Assembly: GCA_036378095.1 (NCBI GenBank)
Contig: DASUXC010000084.1
Location: forward strand, 19,805-83,804
DNA: 64,000 nt
Origin: Gemmatimonadaceae bacterium
GTDB lineage: Bacteria; Gemmatimonadota; Gemmatimonadetes; Gemmatimonadales; Gemmatimonadaceae
Direction of reading: 5' to 3'
Every line of letters starts with the position of its first letter. The first letter of the stretch is position 1. Made by a program: the position numbers and the translations under genes. Below, one piece after another: positions 63,104 through 64,000 of this stretch. The notes under the pieces were generated by a model. It saw nothing but the letters and a program-made list of their open reading frames with translations, had not been told where the DNA came from and searched no databases.

Positions 63104-63907
63104 ATGACGAACCGCCGCATCGCCCTCTTCGCCACCGTCGCCATGCTCGCCGCCGCCGCCGAGCTGCCCGCCCAGAGCGCCATCGTGTACAAGCCGGGCG
63201 CGCGCACGTACCACCTCGTGTCGGTGATCACGCGCACGCAGGAGGTGGACGGGCAGAAGAGCAAGTACCGCATCACCAACGAGCAGCAGGTCTCGGTCAA
63301 CCTCTCCGCGCACGGCAAGGACACGCTCGACTTCTCCTACACGCTCGACTCCAGCCGCCTCTCGTCCGATCCGCCGGTGCAGCTCCAGGACGTCTCCAAG
63401 ATGCAGGGGACGAAGGTGACGGGGGCGATGTCCCCGCGCGGGGAGGTGTTCACGATCACCTCGAATCGCCCCTCGGACGATGCGTCGGTGAAGAACCTCG
63501 TGGAGGGGATGCGCCGGTTCCTCCTGACCCTCCCGCGCGACGCGAAGGTGGGGAGCCAGTGGACCGACACGACGCGGAGCGCGATGCGGGACAACGGGAA
63601 CGACCTCGACATGAGCACGATCACGACGTCCACGATCGTCGGCGACACGACGCTCGGCGGCGAGCGCGCCTGGCGCGTGCGGCGCGCCTCGGTGCTCGCG
63701 CTCGAGGGGAGCCAGAACCGCAACGGGCAGCGGATGGAGATTCACGGCAACGGCACTGGCGACGGCACGTACTACCTCAGCGCCGACGGCGCCTACCTCG
63801 GCTCCACCGGCTCGCAGCAGATGCACATGATGATCTCGATGCCGGGCTCGGGCGACACGGTGCCGGTCGACCAGGCGGTCACGAGCAAGGTCGAGGTCGT
63901 GAAGTGA
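63104..63907 (+). CDS. Secreted protein of unknown function
   Basis: Inner ATG, preceded by AGGAG with a 6-nt spacer, of ORF 62867..63907. Signal peptide MTNRRIALFATVAMLAAAAELPAQS. Composition is protein-like (K, N, D, T, S rich for this genome). Confidence 0.6.
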   Translation: MTNRRIALFATVAMLAAAAELPAQSAIVYKPGARTYHLVSVITRTQEVDGQKSKYRITNEQQVSVNLSAHGKDTLDFSYTLDSSRLSSDPPVQLQDVSKMQGTKVTGAMSPRGEVFTITSNRPSDDASVKNLVEGMRRFLLTLPRDAKVGSQWTDTTRSAMRDNGNDLDMSTITTSTIVGDTTLGGERAWRVRRASVLALEGSQNRNGQRMEIHGNGTGDGTYYLSADGAYLGSTGSQQMHMMISMPGSGDTVPVDQAVTSKVEVVK

Positions 63908-63943
63908 TCGAGAGGCGAGTGGCGAGCGCTCCGACGCCCGTGA

Positions 63944-64000
63944 TCAGTACCGGGTCTCGAGCCCGCCCACCACGCGCACCGTGTCCCTGGCGATGAGCAG
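63944..64000 (-). CDS. Possible 3' end of a minus-strand gene leaving the window
   Basis: The reverse strand reads ...LLIARDTVRVVGGLETRY-stop. Only 18 codons are visible. Confidence 0.2.
   Translation of the reverse strand: MLIARDTVRVVGGLETRY

Noticed and set aside
1-64000. tRNA, rRNA, tmRNA, transposase, integrase or prophage genes, and defence islands (restriction-modification, toxin-antitoxin, CBASS, retron and similar)
   Set aside because: I recognised none by eye. Intergenic space is almost fully accounted for by the repeats and short promoter regions. tRNAscan, Infernal and DefenseFinder would be the decisive checks.

Overview
Very GC-rich (about 70% by eye) chromosomal window from a diderm bacterium. 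The gene content (TonB receptor, porin, YceI, many secreted peptidases, PAS hybrid kinases) fits Gemmatimonadota or a similar high-GC lineage, but that is only a guess. I call about 55 tightly packed protein genes. I saw no rRNA, tRNA, transposase, integrase, phage gene or CRISPR array. Many long ORFs in the track are antisense or off-frame artefacts of the GC content and were rejected. Main points: (1) a kaiC-kaiB-kaiB-PAS histidine kinase operon with no kaiA, whose kaiC start overlaps an upstream Big_2 lipoprotein gene. (2) A ModE-like regulator, TonB-dependent receptor, polytopic membrane protein and stand-alone TiaS-kinase-domain-like protein. (3) A GT2, YdjC-type deacetylase and GT87 (GT-C) module that looks like a lipid-carrier aminosugar pathway. 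(4) An RDD-SpoIIM fusion gene facing a tightly overlapping mutY-mprF-DUF4129-DUF4350-moxR-DUF58 operon. (5) The least explained signal: at least ten composite intergenic elements built from tandem heptanucleotide arrays in inverted orientation around GC hairpins or conserved cores. They fall into three sequence families plus a G-run type and fill about half of the larger intergenic gaps. They supply stop codons and C-terminal tails to neighbouring genes. Their strand symmetry would put a G-rich, G-quadruplex-capable array at the 3' end of both convergent transcripts. I cannot tell from this window whether these elements are already described. All products are assigned from motifs read by eye and need database confirmation.
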